A stretch of DNA of 47,987 bases from Telmatospirillum sp. (GTDB taxonomy: Bacteria > Pseudomonadota > Alphaproteobacteria > Rhodospirillales > Magnetospirillaceae), in assembly GCA_035604255.1 (NCBI GenBank), contig DATNIV010000500.1:1-47987 (forward strand), given 5' to 3'. Positions 9,794-19,773 of the stretch are shown here, piece by piece. Under the pieces are notes generated by a model, which worked only from the letters and a program-made list of their open reading frames with translations, was not told where the DNA came from and ran no database searches. How positions within the stretch are numbered: position 1 is the first letter of the stretch; every line of letters begins with the position of its first letter. A program made the position numbers and the translations under genes.

Positions 9794-10441
9794 TCACGCG
9801 TGCATGAGTTTGGACGGTTGGCGCCGGGTGATCCGGTAGACGGCGGCGGGCGGGATGTTGAGATAGGCCCGTCCGATGCAGGTCGCCTTGAGACCCAGAC
9901 GGTCGAGGATGCGTCTGGAAATCGGGCAACTGGGGCCGTAAGTGAACTGAAAGAACGCACCACCGGGACGCAGTCTGCCAATGGCGCCGGCGAGAATGGC
10001 GAAGACCTTCTTCGGCGGCATCGACAATAGCGGCAGTCCGCTGACCACCGCGCCGAATGGGGTGCCGTCAAACAGATGACAGCGGTCCAGATGCGCCGCG
10101 TCCATCCGAAGGACCCGCGTTCCCGGAAACCGATCTTTCAGAAGTTCGAAGAAATTTGCGCCATATTCGACCAACGTCAGATCTTCCGCGGCGAGGCCGC
10201 GCGCCAGCAGGGCGCGGGTGAAAACACCGGTGCCGGGGCCAAGCTCAAGAACAGGACCGGACGACGGCGTGATCTCACGGGTGATCAATTCGGCCAAGGC
10301 CTCGCCGGAGGGCGCGATGGCGCCGACACGAAGCGGATCCAAGGTCCAAGCCTGTAGGAATGACAGAACATCGGGCATCGTGATGTCATGTTTTTTGAGC
10401 CGAAACATGGGTCGGGACGCGGCATCACTGGCGCGAGACAT
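9794..10441 (-). CDS. pmtA: Phospholipid N-methyltransferase (PmtA-like, rhizobial type)
   Basis: VGAIAPS, VLELGPGTGVFT, VVSGLPLL, FQFTY and NIPPAAVYR motifs. Start uncertain (10468, 10441 or 10378). Confidence 0.82.
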   Translation of the reverse strand: MSRASDAASRPMFRLKKHDITMPDVLSFLQAWTLDPLRVGAIAPSGEALAELITREITPSSGPVLELGPGTGVFTRALLARGLAAEDLTLVEYGANFFELLKDRFPGTRVLRMDAAHLDRCHLFDGTPFGAVVSGLPLLSMPPKKVFAILAGAIGRLRPGGAFFQFTYGPSCPISRRILDRLGLKATCIGRAYLNIPPAAVYRITRRQPSKLMHA

Positions 10442-10630
10442 CCTATGACTCTCCATGTTGCTGGGCACCTTCTCGTGGGGACATTACAGTTTCGAGGGGC
10501 AACCGCGGACGGCGCCATGGTACCGTAAAAAGTGGCATAATTGTGGCTTGGGCGTGAATTCCCAATTCCGCAGTCTCTGCCTGATCGTCCGAACCTGTTC
10601 ACCGGACGACGTGACCAAACTAGTCTTACC

Positions 10631-11641
10631 TCAACCGGCCGCGCCTGTCACCAGGGCGGCGGCGGCGGCGACAACGGCATCGACGCTGAGGCTGCCCATC
10701 AAACTGTCTTGCCGGCGATGATCGAAATCGGGCGCGCCGACAAGCTCTTCGTAACTTTCCACGGTACGAACCACGGCCGTGCGTCGGCCCCAGGGACGAT
10801 AACGCCATTCCGGGCTGGGGCCGAACAAACCCAGCGTTGGGATATCGGCCGCGGCCGCCAGATGCATCAGCCCGGAATCATTACCGATATAGAGCGAACA
10901 GCGCCGAAGTAAAGCGGCGGCATCCAGCAGATGCGGGATGCCGATGAAATCGAGACGGTGTGCCGGGTGGATGGCGGCGAGAACGGGTTCGGCCATCTTG
11001 CGCTCGTTTTCGGCGCCGAAGACGGCGACCCGGGCTCCCGGCCACGGGCCGTCGGCGGCGGTGAGCCGCGTGACGGTTTCGGCGAAGCGCGCGGCCGGCC
11101 ATTGTTTGGCGCCCCAATTGGCGGTTGGTCCGATGGCCAGCACGGCCGGCCCCTCGCCGAGGCGGGTCCGGGCCTCGGCATCCCTTGCCGGATCGATCCA
11201 CAATCGGGGCGCCGGCAGGCGCGGCAGTTTCAACTGGCGGGCCACTTCCTCGATGCGGTGCTCGCGGCGTTTGGCCGGTCGGAACATCAAGCGGCGTTCG
11301 GCCGGCAATGTCCAGCCGATCAAGGAGCCGCGCAAATCGGCAACCACCCGCCAGTGCCGCGAGTGGGCGGCGCGCCACAAATCCAGCCAATGGCCGATGC
11401 GGCCGCGGCGGATCAGCAGATGAACCCGTTCGAGGTCAGGCAAGTCGGCGAACAAAGGAGCGCAGACGCTTCCACACGCCACCGTCACCGGCTCTTGCGG
11501 GTAGGTTTCGATCAGTTGCGCCAACACGCCCGACGACAGTACCGCATCGCCGATACGGTTCGAGGTGATGAACAGCAGACCGGACGGCGTGCTCAGAGCT
11601 GCCACCGGCGCAGTCCCGCGGGGAGTTCGATTCGTCGCCAC
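10631..11641 (-). CDS. Glycosyltransferase family 9 (heptosyltransferase-like)
   Basis: NRIGDAVLS, KQWP and IGNDSGLMHLAAA...PTLGLFGPS motifs. Overlaps the 3' end of the upstream dehydrogenase. Confidence 0.92.
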   Translation of the reverse strand: MATNRTPRGTAPVAALSTPSGLLFITSNRIGDAVLSSGVLAQLIETYPQEPVTVACGSVCAPLFADLPDLERVHLLIRRGRIGHWLDLWRAAHSRHWRVVADLRGSLIGWTLPAERRLMFRPAKRREHRIEEVARQLKLPRLPAPRLWIDPARDAEARTRLGEGPAVLAIGPTANWGAKQWPAARFAETVTRLTAADGPWPGARVAVFGAENERKMAEPVLAAIHPAHRLDFIGIPHLLDAAALLRRCSLYIGNDSGLMHLAAAADIPTLGLFGPSPEWRYRPWGRRTAVVRTVESYEELVGAPDFDHRRQDSLMGSLSVDAVVAAAAALVTGAAG

Positions 11642-12858
11642 ATCCCTTTGATGTCGGCGACCAACCCATCCGGACGCACCAAGGCGGCGAAGGTTTCGCT
11701 TTTAAAATCCAGATAGGGCCGGTGTGGCACGGCACCGACCAGACAATCATAATCGCCGTCATCGAAACGGGCCAGCAAGGGCAGGCCATAGACCCGCATC
11801 GCTTCGTCGGGATCGGCGAAGGCGTCATGCACATGCACGTCGTGGCCCTTGGCCTTCAACGCGGCGATGACGTCGACCACCTTGGTGTTGCGAAGGTCGG
11901 GAACATTTTCCTTGAAGGTGAGGCCGAGCACCAGGATGCGCGACGGCTTGTTTCCCAGGACGTCATCGATGCGGTCGGCGACGAAGCCGCCCATGGCGTC
12001 GTTGAGTCTCCGGCCAGCCAGGATGACTTCCGGGTGATAGCCCAGGTTCTGAGCGCATTCGGCCAAATAGAACGGATCGACGCCGATGCAATGGCCGCCG
12101 ACCAGCCCCGGCTGGAAGTTCAAGAAATTCCATTTGGTGGCCGAGGTCTCCAGCACGTCCTGCACCGAGATGTCGAGCCTTTGGCAGATCATCGTCACTT
12201 CATTGATGAAGGCGATATTGATATCGCGCTGGGCGTTTTCGATGACCTTGGCGGCTTCGGCGACCCGGATGCTGCTGGCGCGATGCACGCCGCCGCTGGT
12301 GATGCTGCCGTAAACGGCGGCCAAGGTGTCGGTCACCTGCTCGGTCTGGCCGGCGATGACCTTGACGATGCGGTCCACCGTATGGTCGCGGTCTCCCGGA
12401 TTGATCCGTTCGGGGCTGTAGCCGAGGAAAAAGTCGCGACCGCAAACGCCGCCCGACGCGTCGGCCAGAGCGGGACCGCAAATGCCTTCGGTGAGGCCCG
12501 GATAGACGGTGCTTTCGAAAACGACGATAGCCCCTTTGCCCATCATCGTGCCGACGGTGCGGCAGGCTTTGAGCAAAGGCGTGAGGTCGGGTTTGTTGTC
12601 GGCGTCGACCGGGGTCGGCACGGTGACGATATAGATATCGGCGCCGCGCAGCTTTTCGGCGTCATGGCTCAATCGCAAGGTGCTGCCGCGCAGAGCCGTG
12701 GTTTCGACCTCGCCGGTTCGGTCGATTCCCGATGCCAATTCGGCGATGCGTCCGGGATGGATATCGAAGCCGATGGTGGGAAAGTGACGGGCGATGGCCA
12801 CCGCGAGAGGAAGGCCGACATAGCCGAGGCCTATGATCGCGATGCGCGGATGAGACAT
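11593..12858 (-). CDS. UDP-N-acetylhexosamine 6-dehydrogenase (WbpO/TviB-like nucleotide-sugar dehydrogenase)
   Basis: GLGYVGLPLA, ESTVYPG, YSPERINPGD, AKVIENAQRD, GGHCIGVDP and FKENVPDLRN motifs. Confidence 0.93.
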   Translation of the reverse strand: MSHPRIAIIGLGYVGLPLAVAIARHFPTIGFDIHPGRIAELASGIDRTGEVETTALRGSTLRLSHDAEKLRGADIYIVTVPTPVDADNKPDLTPLLKACRTVGTMMGKGAIVVFESTVYPGLTEGICGPALADASGGVCGRDFFLGYSPERINPGDRDHTVDRIVKVIAGQTEQVTDTLAAVYGSITSGGVHRASSIRVAEAAKVIENAQRDINIAFINEVTMICQRLDISVQDVLETSATKWNFLNFQPGLVGGHCIGVDPFYLAECAQNLGYHPEVILAGRRLNDAMGGFVADRIDDVLGNKPSRILVLGLTFKENVPDLRNTKVVDVIAALKAKGHDVHVHDAFADPDEAMRVYGLPLLARFDDGDYDCLVGAVPHRPYLDFKSETFAALVRPDGLVADIKGMWRRIELPAGLRRWQL

Positions 12859-13080
12859 GGGAACACCTTAGTAAACCGGATGGGGCCTGCACTTTCCCCC
12901 GGCGCCGCTTGCGCTGTCAAGAAACGAGGCGAGAGCGGCCGCCGTTACGTCGCTTTTCGGAAAACGGCGGTTGGATTATTATCCTACGGTAGAATATCGG
13001 CGAGTGGCGGCCTATCTGGGAACTATCGGAGGGTCGGGCGCGGTCCGAAGACGATCCATCTGGGGGGTTAGAGAAGCGGA

Positions 13081-16029
13081 TTGACGGTGCTTTGGCGTTG
13101 GGTGTTTCTTTGCTGCTTGTTGCTGCCCGCCAGCGTCCGGGCGGCCGAGCCGGCGGATGTGCCGCCGCTGACCGTTGTCTCCGACGACAACTATCCCCCC
13201 TATATTTTCCGCGACGGCGACGGAACGCTGCAAGGCTATCTGGTTGACGCCTGGGCGCTTTGGGAACGCAAAACCGGACGGCCGGTGCGTCTGATCGCCA
13301 CCGATTGGGTCAAAGCGCAGCAGATGATGATCGCCGGGCAAGGCGATGTCATCGATACCATCTTCCAGACGCCGGAACGCGAAAAGCTCTATGATTTCAC
13401 ACCGCCTTACGCGGACATCCCCGTCCCCATCTATGTGCATGCCTCGATCGGCGGAATCACCAATACCAACGGTTTGCGGGGGTTTCTCGTCGGGGTGAAG
13501 GCGGGCGACGCCTGCATCGATCGCTTGAGGGTCGAGGGATTGGCCTCCTTCCAGGTTTTCGACAGTTATGTGGATCTGGTCGATGCCGCGGTCGCGGACA
13601 AGATCAAGATCTTTTGTTTGGACGAACCGCCGGCCAACTATCTTCTCTATCGCGCCGCTGCCGACGGCGCCTATTACAAAGCCTTTACGCTCTACAGCGG
13701 ACAATTTCATCGCGCCGTCCACAAGGGAGACCGGCAAACCCTGGATCTGGTCGAACGCGGTTTCGCCGCCATGACCGCCGCCGAGCGTCAGGCGCTGCAA
13801 GACAAATGGATGGGGGCCAGAAATACGCCCTTCCCCATGATCTATATCATCTATGGCCTTCTGGCCGCCGTGACGATCGGCGGGGTGCTGGCCAGCTGGA
13901 TTTTCGCGTTGCATCACCAAGTGTGGCGACGGACGATGGAACTCGATCAGCAACGTTCCCGGTTGCGGGCCGTGCTGCAGACCATTCCCGACCTTGTTTG
14001 GCTCAAGGACGCCGACGGCGTTTATCTGACCTGCAATCCGCCCTTCGAGCGGTTTTTCGGAGCCCCCGAATCCGAGATCGTTGGGAAGACCGACTTTGAT
14101 TTCGTCGATGCCGAATTGGCCCGGTTTTTCCGCGAGAAGGATCAACTCGCTATCGCCGCCGGAAAACCGTCGGTCAACGAGGAATGGGTGACCTTCGCCT
14201 CGGATGGAAGACGGGCGCTGCTGGAGACCATCAAAACGCCGATGAAGGACGACTTCGGCACCTTGGTGGGTGTCTTGGGGATTGCCCGCGACATCACGCA
14301 AGCCCGCGGTGTCGAAGCCGAGCTTCGGCGAAGCGAAGCGCTGCTGCAGCAATCCCAACGGTTGGCCTCGATCGGCCATTTTGTTCTTGATGAGGAGTCA
14401 GGCCGGCTGAAGACGTCGTCGGTGTTCGATCAAATCTTTGGGATCGAGGCCGACCATCCTCGGAGTTTCGCGGCGTGGCTGGCCTGGGTTCATCCCGACC
14501 ACCGCACGGCCTTTGCCGAGCGGATGCGCGACTTCTTGCGTGAGGGCGGACAGTTCGAGTGGGAATATCCCATCCTGCGGACCAGTGACGGGACCGAGCG
14601 TTGGGTGAAAATGTCGGCCGAGTCACGGCTGGACAAAGAGGGTCGGCCGGCGAATCTCTTCGGCAATGTCCAGGACATCACCGAACATAAAACGGCCGAA
14701 GCGGAAATCCAGCAATTGGCCTTCTTCGATCCGTTGACCAAATTGCCGAACCGTCGCCTGCTGCTGGAACGGCTGTCGCGGGCCAAAGCGGCAAGCGCGC
14801 GCAACGCCATCTGCGGCGCGCTGATTTTTATCGATATCGACAATTTCAAGACCCTGAATGATACCAAAGGCCACCAGGTCGGCGATTTGCTGTTGCAGGA
14901 CGTCGCCAAACGTTTGAATTCCTGCGTTCGGCAGGGTGATACGGTGGCGCGGTTCGGCGGCGATGAATTCATCGTGATGGTCGAGGCGTTGAGCGGCAAG
15001 ATCGAAGAGGCAACGGTTCAGGCCGACGCCATTGGCGAGAAGATCCTGCTTCACCTGGCGCAGCCTTACAGTTTGGCGGGCTATCAGCATCATTGCGCCG
15101 CCAGCCTCGGCATTACCTTGTTTTCCGGGACCGATGTCTCCAACGACGATCTGCTGAAGCAAGCCGATCTCGCCATGTATCAGTCCAAGGCGGCTGGACG
15201 GAACACCAAGCGCTTCTTCGATCCGCAAATGCAAAATGCGTTGGCGGCGCACACGGCTCTCGAAGACAGCTTGCGTCGGGCCGGCGGCGCGAAGGAATTC
15301 ATTCTCTATTACCAGCCGCAGATGGCGAGGAACGGGGACTTGGTGGGGGCCGAGGGATTGATCCGATGGCGCCATCCGACACGGGGTCTGGTTTTGCCCG
15401 GAGAATTCATTCCGGTTGCGGAATCATCAAATCTGATCCTGTCGATCGGTCTTGAGGTGTTGGAGATGGCCTGTCGGCAACTTGTCGCCTGGAGCGCCGA
15501 GCCGGCGACGCGTGCGTTGAGCCTGGCCATCAACGTCAGTGCGCGGCAGTTTCATCATCCGGCCTTCGTCGAGGACGTCCGCCGGACCCTGGACAGCTTC
15601 GCGGGCGCCAGTCCGGCGAAGCTCAAGCTGGAGTTGACCGAAAGCGTCCTGTTGCAAGACATTGACGATTGCGCCGTGAAAATGACCGCGTTGCAGAATC
15701 TGGGGGTGCGGCTGTCGCTCGATGATTTCGGAACCGGTTATTCGTCGTTGGCCTATCTCAAGCGGCTGCCATTCAGCCAGCTCAAGATCGATCGCTCTTT
15801 CGTCCGCGACGTGCTCGTCGATTCCAACGATGCGGCGGTCGCCCGCACCATCATTCTGCTGGCCAAGTCTTTTGGACTGAAAGTGATCGCCGAAGGCGTC
15901 GAGGAAGAGGCGCAATGGCAATTCCTGACGGCGGAAGGATGCGATGAAGCGCAAGGCTATCTGTACGGCCGTCCCATGCCCGCCGACGAATTCCTGGCCT
16001 TTGCCAAAAGCCGATTGCCGGTGATGTGA
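13081..16029 (+). CDS. Periplasmic binding domain-TM-PAS-PAS-GGDEF-EAL c-di-GMP signalling protein
   Basis: DDNYPPY binding-protein domain, PAS/PAC segments, RFGGDEF, EGLIRW and DDFGTGYSS. TTG start. Confidence 0.93.
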   Translation: MTVLWRWVFLCCLLLPASVRAAEPADVPPLTVVSDDNYPPYIFRDGDGTLQGYLVDAWALWERKTGRPVRLIATDWVKAQQMMIAGQGDVIDTIFQTPEREKLYDFTPPYADIPVPIYVHASIGGITNTNGLRGFLVGVKAGDACIDRLRVEGLASFQVFDSYVDLVDAAVADKIKIFCLDEPPANYLLYRAAADGAYYKAFTLYSGQFHRAVHKGDRQTLDLVERGFAAMTAAERQALQDKWMGARNTPFPMIYIIYGLLAAVTIGGVLASWIFALHHQVWRRTMELDQQRSRLRAVLQTIPDLVWLKDADGVYLTCNPPFERFFGAPESEIVGKTDFDFVDAELARFFREKDQLAIAAGKPSVNEEWVTFASDGRRALLETIKTPMKDDFGTLVGVLGIARDITQARGVEAELRRSEALLQQSQRLASIGHFVLDEESGRLKTSSVFDQIFGIEADHPRSFAAWLAWVHPDHRTAFAERMRDFLREGGQFEWEYPILRTSDGTERWVKMSAESRLDKEGRPANLFGNVQDITEHKTAEAEIQQLAFFDPLTKLPNRRLLLERLSRAKAASARNAICGALIFIDIDNFKTLNDTKGHQVGDLLLQDVAKRLNSCVRQGDTVARFGGDEFIVMVEALSGKIEEATVQADAIGEKILLHLAQPYSLAGYQHHCAASLGITLFSGTDVSNDDLLKQADLAMYQSKAAGRNTKRFFDPQMQNALAAHTALEDSLRRAGGAKEFILYYQPQMARNGDLVGAEGLIRWRHPTRGLVLPGEFIPVAESSNLILSIGLEVLEMACRQLVAWSAEPATRALSLAINVSARQFHHPAFVEDVRRTLDSFAGASPAKLKLELTESVLLQDIDDCAVKMTALQNLGVRLSLDDFGTGYSSLAYLKRLPFSQLKIDRSFVRDVLVDSNDAAVARTIILLAKSFGLKVIAEGVEEEAQWQFLTAEGCDEAQGYLYGRPMPADEFLAFAKSRLPVM

Positions 16030-16081
16030 CGCGCCTGGTTGCGAAACGTCGGAATTCTTGGGGAAATTGGCGGTTTTTGGG

Positions 16082-16202
16082 GATCACGGATGAACTCAGA
16101 TGCCGCTTCGCGGCTCACAGATACGACGGATGAGATTTCCGGCGCGGCGCTCAGGCAATCGCGCGAGCGACTCTCAATTGATCCCGATGGGCTGCTGTGA
16201 TC
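16082..16202. repeat. Second copy of the gatcacagat-type element
   Basis: 16082-16122 matches 4667-4707 at 36/41. The right arm is reduced to ctgtgatc at 16195-16202. Confidence 0.75.
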
Positions 16203-16215
16203 AAGAGACTTGGTT

Positions 16216-16389
16216 GAACCGCCAAGGCGCCAAATCCGCCAAGGGGTTTGATGAGCCGCCATGGGACGTGTCCAAGCGTTTCGCTCTTGTTTTTGCGCGC
16301 AGGCATCTCACCGGCGAGGTGCGGATTGGGAATGCTCGATGCGGCTGAGATAGACCGTCGCCTTGGCGTTCTTGGCGCCTTGGCGGTTC
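16216..16389. repeat. Periodic inverted-repeat element (accgccaag type)
   Basis: 16216-16244 gaaccgccaaggcgccaaatccgccaagg matches the reverse complement of 16361-16389 (gaaccgccaaggcgccaagaacgccaagg) at 26/29. Confidence 0.9.
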
Positions 16390-16470
16390 CTTGGACAGGG
16401 GCCCCCTCTTCCGCATTGCAGCAGAGGGGATAGAGTGGCGTGCGACCTGACGAAATCCCCTTCAGAACGC

Positions 16471-16527
16471 GTCCCACCGGGTCGAGCCCGATGGTCCGTG
16501 GATTGCCGGGTCAAGCCCGGCAATGAC
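16471..16527. repeat. REP-like palindrome pair
   Basis: tggattgccgggtcaagcccggcaatgac (16499-16527), preceded by a degenerate partner gtcccaccgggtcgagcccgatggtcc. Confidence 0.7.
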
Positions 16528-16540
16528 GGAAAATGGAGCA

Positions 16541-16569
16541 TTGCCGTCAGCGTCGCCGGCTGTTAGTGT
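16541..16569 (+). promoter_or_regulatory. Sigma70-type promoter of trpL-trpE(G)
   Basis: TTGCCG-N17-TAGTGT. The expected start site falls at about the leader ATG (16576), implying a leaderless transcript. Confidence 0.55.
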
Positions 16570-16575
16570 TCGCTC

Positions 16576-16623
16576 ATGCGTACGTTTTCGCCCTCTTCAC
16601 GTTGGTGGTGGTCCGTCAAGTAA
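16576..16623 (+). CDS. trpL: Trp attenuator leader peptide MRTFSPSSRWWWSVK
   Basis: 15-codon ORF with TGG TGG TGG, ending 123 nt upstream of trpE(G) and followed by antiterminator and terminator stems. Confidence 0.92.
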   Translation: MRTFSPSSRWWWSVK

Positions 16624-16652
16624 CGGACGGTCGCCTATGTCTTTATCACCAG

Positions 16653-16686
16653 GCCGTCTCGGGTTCGAGGCGGCTTTCGAATTTTT
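16653..16686 (+). terminator. Attenuator terminator
   Basis: gccgtctcg-ggtt-cgaggcggc followed by tttcgaattttt. gacggtc (16626-16632) can pair with ggccgtc (16652-16658) as an antiterminator. Confidence 0.85.
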
Positions 16687-16746
16687 AAGACGAGCGCACG
16701 CAAGACCGAGCCCGAGGCCTCTCAAAAAAGCCCAGGAGCAGGTCTT

Positions 16747-18909
16747 ATGTCTCAGCATTCCTATCAGACTCGCGGCGGAATCGCCGTTCATCGCTCGGTG
16801 GAGCCGATCGTCTATCCCGGCGACGCTCCCGCCCTGGCCCGTCGGCTCGACCGGCAGCGGGGCGTGTTGCTGTCGTCCAGCTTTGAGTTTCCCGGCCGCT
16901 ATACCCGTTGGGACATCGGCTTTGCCGATCCGCCGCTGGCGATCACCGCGCGCGGCCGCCATTTCGTCATCGAGGCCCTGAACGCGCGCGGCCGGATTCT
17001 GTTGCCGGCGTTCACCGCGATGCTGGACGGCATGACGGCGGTCAGGCTCGGCGCTGGTGGCGAGAGTCGCATTGAAGGTGACGTCGCCGGCGCGCCGGGC
17101 CGGTTTCCGGAGGAAATGCGCAGTCGCCAACCCAGCGTGTTTGCCCTCCTGCGGGCCGTGACCGATCTCTTCGGCACGCCTGAGGATCATCATCTCGGTC
17201 TTTACGGCGCCTTCGGTTATGACCTTGTCTTCCAGTTCGAACCGATGGATCTGCGCTTGCCCCGCGCCGCGGATCAGCGCGATCTGGCCCTCTATCTGCC
17301 CGACGAAATCCTGATCGTCGATCACATGCGCCAGACGGCGTCGATCCGGCGGTACGATTTTACGGTGGACGGTCGCTCCACCAGCGGATTGCCGCGAGAA
17401 ACGGCGCCGGCTCCTTACCAGGACCAACCCTTGGGCGCCATACCGCCCGAGAGCGATCATGCGCCGGGGGAATATGCGGCGATGGTGGAGCGCGCGCGCG
17501 ACGCTTTTGCTCGGGGCGATCTGTTCGAAGTGGTGCTCGGCCAGCTTCTCACCGAGCCCTGCCGCGAAGCGCCGAGCGAAATTTTCCGCCGGTTGCGGCA
17601 GACCAATCCGGCGCCCTATGGCACGCTGATGAACCTCGGAGAGGGTGAATTTCTGGTTGGCGCGTCTCCCGAGATGTTTGTCCGGGTCGAAGGAAAGCGG
17701 ATCGAGACCTGCCCGATCAGCGGCACCATCCGGCGCGGCGTCGATGCGCTCGAAGACGCGCTACGCATCCGCGAACTGCTCAACTCGACCAAGGACGAAG
17801 CCGAGTTGACCATGTGTACGGACGTCGATCGCAACGACAAATCCCGGGTTTGCGAGGCGGGCAGCGTGCGGGTGATCGGCCGTCGGCAGATCGAGCTCTA
17901 TTCCCGCTTGATCCATACCGTCGATCATGTTGAAGGGCTCCTGCGGCCGGAATTCGACGCCCTCGACGGTTTTCTCAGTCATGCCTGGGCGGTGACCGTA
18001 ACCGGCGCGCCGAAACGCTGGGCGATCCGCTTTGTCGAACAGGAAGAAAAGAGCGCGCGGCGGTGGTATGGCGGCGCCATCGGGGCCATCACCTTCGACG
18101 GCGACATGAACACCGGTCTGACGCTGCGGACGATTCGCATGAAGGACGGTCTCGCCGAAGTGCGGGTGGGCGCGACATTGCTTCATGACAGCGAACCGGT
18201 GGCGGAAGAAGCCGAAACGCGGCTGAAAGCCTCGGCGATGTTTGCCGTGCTCCGCAACATAGGCTCTCCGGCTCCGGCCGCGTTCTCCCGACCGGCGGCC
18301 AAAGCCGGGGGGCCGCGCGTCCTCCTGATCGATCATGAGGACAGCTTCGTCCATACGTTGGCCGGCTATTTCCGCGCCGTCGGCGCCGAGGTGGTGACCA
18401 TGCGGCCCGATTTCGCCCGTGCCGAATTGCAGGCCGGTCACCAGGCCGATCTCGTCGTCCTTTCTCCCGGCCCCGGCCGGCCGGCCGATTTCGCGATGAA
18501 TGAAACCCTTGCCTTGTTGATCAAACGTCAGTTGCCGATCTTCGGTGTCTGCTTGGGGCTGCAAGGAATCGTCGAATATTTCGGAGGCTCGCTCGACCAA
18601 CTCGATCTGCCAATGCATGGCAAGCCGTCCGAGGTGAAGGTGGTCGGCGGCCGTCTGCTGGCTGGACTGCCCAAGGACTTTATCGTCGGGCGTTATCACT
18701 CCCTGTATGCGCGACGTGCGAGTCTGCCGCGCGATCTGGTGGTGAGCGCCGAAACGGCGGACAGGGTGGTCATGGCGATCGAACATGTGTCTTTGCCGAT
18801 CGCCGCGGTGCAATTCCATCCCGAATCGGTGATGACCGCCGCCGATCTCGGTCACCATCTGATCGAACGCACGTTGACGGTCCTGACCGCTGAAAGGGTG
18901 ATGGCCTGA
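16747..18909 (+). CDS. trpE: Fused anthranilate synthase TrpE(G)
   Basis: LLSSSFEFPGRYTRWD, GASPEMFVRV, ETCPISGT and HAWAVTVTGAPK, then a GATase domain (IDHEDSFVHTL, LSPGPG, GVCLG, QFHPES). Confidence 0.97.
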   Translation: MSQHSYQTRGGIAVHRSVEPIVYPGDAPALARRLDRQRGVLLSSSFEFPGRYTRWDIGFADPPLAITARGRHFVIEALNARGRILLPAFTAMLDGMTAVRLGAGGESRIEGDVAGAPGRFPEEMRSRQPSVFALLRAVTDLFGTPEDHHLGLYGAFGYDLVFQFEPMDLRLPRAADQRDLALYLPDEILIVDHMRQTASIRRYDFTVDGRSTSGLPRETAPAPYQDQPLGAIPPESDHAPGEYAAMVERARDAFARGDLFEVVLGQLLTEPCREAPSEIFRRLRQTNPAPYGTLMNLGEGEFLVGASPEMFVRVEGKRIETCPISGTIRRGVDALEDALRIRELLNSTKDEAELTMCTDVDRNDKSRVCEAGSVRVIGRRQIELYSRLIHTVDHVEGLLRPEFDALDGFLSHAWAVTVTGAPKRWAIRFVEQEEKSARRWYGGAIGAITFDGDMNTGLTLRTIRMKDGLAEVRVGATLLHDSEPVAEEAETRLKASAMFAVLRNIGSPAPAAFSRPAAKAGGPRVLLIDHEDSFVHTLAGYFRAVGAEVVTMRPDFARAELQAGHQADLVVLSPGPGRPADFAMNETLALLIKRQLPIFGVCLGLQGIVEYFGGSLDQLDLPMHGKPSEVKVVGGRLLAGLPKDFIVGRYHSLYARRASLPRDLVVSAETADRVVMAIEHVSLPIAAVQFHPESVMTAADLGHHLIERTLTVLTAERVMA

Positions 18910-18990
18910 GACGTGTCATCTGACGGGCATTGACCGGACGGTTCTTTTCGCCGCAAATCGGCGGAAGCCATTCACTGCCGGAGAGCCGCT

Positions 18991-19773
18991 ATGCCTGTCG
19001 TCATCTGTCCCGACACATCGGCTTTGAGCGAACAGGCTGCGGCCCTGGTCGCCGGAGCCATCGGGGCCAATCCGAAGTTGGTGTTGGGGCTTGCCGCCGG
19101 GGCAAGCCCCATCGGGCTCTATCAAGCGCTGTTGCGACGCCAGGCCGAGGGGCTCGATGTTTCCGGCGTCACGCTGTTCGGTCTCGATGACTATTTCGGT
19201 TTGGCCGAAGATCATCCCGGCCGGTTACGGGCCAGCCTCCAGCGGCATTTTCTGTCCGGGCTCGATGTCTCGCCGGCAAACATCCATTGGCCGGATGTCC
19301 CTCCTCAGTCCGGCATCGCCGCCGCTTGCGCGGCCTATGAGCGGAGCATCGCCCTGGCCGGCGGCATCGATCTGCAGATCTTGGGTATCGGCGCCAACGG
19401 CCATATCGCGTTCAACGAGCCCGGCTCCAGTCTGGCCTGCCGGACCCGACTGGTCCATTTGAGCGCCGCAACTCGTCGCGCCAACGCGGCGTCGTTCGCA
19501 CCCGGCGAGACGCCGGAGGCGGCGATCACCCAAGGGATCGGCACCATTCTCCAGTCCCGCCGCATCGTTTTGCTGGCCAGCGGCGAGAGCAAGGCGGCGG
19601 CGATCGCCGGAGCGGTCGAAGGTCCCCTCACCGCCATGCTTCCGGCCTCGGCTCTGCAATTACACCCGGAGGTCACCCTGTTTCTCGACCCTGCTGCCGC
19701 CAGTCAACTCGCTCGGCGTGACGACTATGACGCCGAGATCGCCCTGCTGCGGCGGCATGGGTTGTTTGTGTAA
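18991..19773 (+). CDS. nagB: Glucosamine-6-phosphate deaminase (NagB-I type)
   Basis: VLGLAAGASP, GGIDLQILGIGANGHIAFNEPG and PASALQLHP motifs. Confidence 0.9.
   Translation: MPVVICPDTSALSEQAAALVAGAIGANPKLVLGLAAGASPIGLYQALLRRQAEGLDVSGVTLFGLDDYFGLAEDHPGRLRASLQRHFLSGLDVSPANIHWPDVPPQSGIAAACAAYERSIALAGGIDLQILGIGANGHIAFNEPGSSLACRTRLVHLSAATRRANAASFAPGETPEAAITQGIGTILQSRRIVLLASGESKAAAIAGAVEGPLTAMLPASALQLHPEVTLFLDPAAASQLARRDDYDAEIALLRRHGLFV

Noticed and set aside
16100..16566. Several short ORFs in the intergenic region before trpL
   Set aside because: They are translations of repeat arms (for example NRQGAKSAK) with no RBS or domain evidence.
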